Virus record (IMG/VR): IMGVR_UViG_3300024983_000001
Span: 32,001-96,000 of that record
Reading direction: 5' to 3' (one strand)
Length of the DNA: 64,000 nt
Source of the DNA: a virus
Part shown: piece by piece, positions 63,392 through 64,000 of the stretch
How the letters are laid out: each line of letters begins with the position of its first letter
Position numbering within the stretch: the stretch's first letter is position 1
Notes under the pieces: model-generated
Told to the model about the DNA's origin: nothing
Databases searched by the model: none
Seen by the model: the letters and a program-made list of their open reading frames with translations, nothing else
Translations under genes and position numbers: made by a program

Positions 63392-64000
63392 TTACAATTT
63401 TAGTGTTAAACATTTGGCTGCACCACCAGATTTCATAAACTCTGATAAATCAACCTCAATCACCTTGAATCCAATATTATTCAATCGATTTTTTAGATTA
63501 TCAGACGCTTTATTGAGTATAATTGTGTTGCCAATGTTGACAGCATTGCATGCAAACATAGTAGCATCCTCTTCTGTTACGGGGATGGAGTGACCATTGT
63601 AATAACTCACAATCTTGTTCTGACTCTGTTCACTAAATGCTTTCGGAAAATACAAAACAAAACCATTATTAATTGGACAGAAACATGTATCCAAATGGTA
63701 AAAACGAGCGTCTGTTAACTCCAATAAGTTGGTTGACATTTGATGTTGGTGTAGTGTACTTGTAACGAAGGTCCCAGCACCTTGTGTGCTTCTAAATCCG
63801 TGACCCACCCACGCCATATCATCTTCACCTGTTAAACAATCACCCGCACCCTCAAAAGTAAGAGGAGAAGGTGGAATAATGGTAGTGAACCCATTGTTCG
63901 CAAACCATTTTTCAAAGTGTGCTTCTTCACCCTTACGCTGAACGTTTCTAAAGGTGGATGTGATAGCATATTTTACATTTTTATCATCAAACACATATGC
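63392..64000 (-). CDS. Amidinotransferase/dimethylarginase-family protein, partial
   Basis: R.GE, FEGAGD, G.GFRS, FYHLDT, FACNA, EF.KSGG..KCL. Confidence 0.88.
   Translation of the reverse strand, partial: AYVFDDKNVKYAITSTFRNVQRKGEEAHFEKWFANNGFTTIIPPSPLTFEGAGDCLTGEDDMAWVGHGFRSTQGAGTFVTSTLHQHQMSTNLLELTDARFYHLDTCFCPINNGFVLYFPKAFSEQSQNKIVSYYNGHSIPVTEEDATMFACNAVNIGNTIILNKASDNLKNRLNNIGFKVIEVDLSEFMKSGGAAKCLTLKL

Noticed and set aside
1-64000. Genome-wide TAG reassignment
   Set aside because: Long genes are intact and densely packed under code 11, and four genes end at TAG. The in-frame TAGs I found are confined to codon 3 in one operon.
1-64000. Bacterial chromosome or prophage origin
   Set aside because: Host-like genes are interleaved with T4-type late promoters and virion genes. 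No catalytic integrase or housekeeping operon is present.

Overview
This is a 64-kb AT-rich, gene-dense segment of a large lytic T4-like (jumbo-type) phage, mostly on the minus strand and read with code 11. Phage evidence: T4 gp55-type late promoters (nATAAATA), sigma70-type early promoters (TTGACY-16/17-TAnAAT), a gp23-family capsid paralog, RNA ligase 1, PhoH, spanins, a GH108 endolysin, fibre/lectin proteins and free-standing homing endonucleases. Accessory cargo includes a PrkA/YeaG-YeaH-SpoVR set, NAD salvage and ADP-ribose enzymes (NAMPT, NadM-Nudix, NAD kinase, NADAR, Macro, SLOG), GMP reductase, PBP7 and an L,D-transpeptidase. Four features stand out. (1) An operon at 24.7-28.2 kb holds two Pth2-like genes and a CUA (amber) suppressor-type tRNA, and three of its reading frames start ATG-NNN-TAG-ATT and continue in frame, suggesting an amber-gated translational switch. 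(2) A c-di-GMP-I riboswitch precedes secreted-protein genes. (3) A two-hairpin leader motif occurs four times in the NAD locus. (4) Many late genes, several encoding enzymes, share an MK(L/I)x(E/D)(L/I) N-terminal tag resembling a capsid-targeting sequence. All family calls are by motif recognition only; no database search was run.
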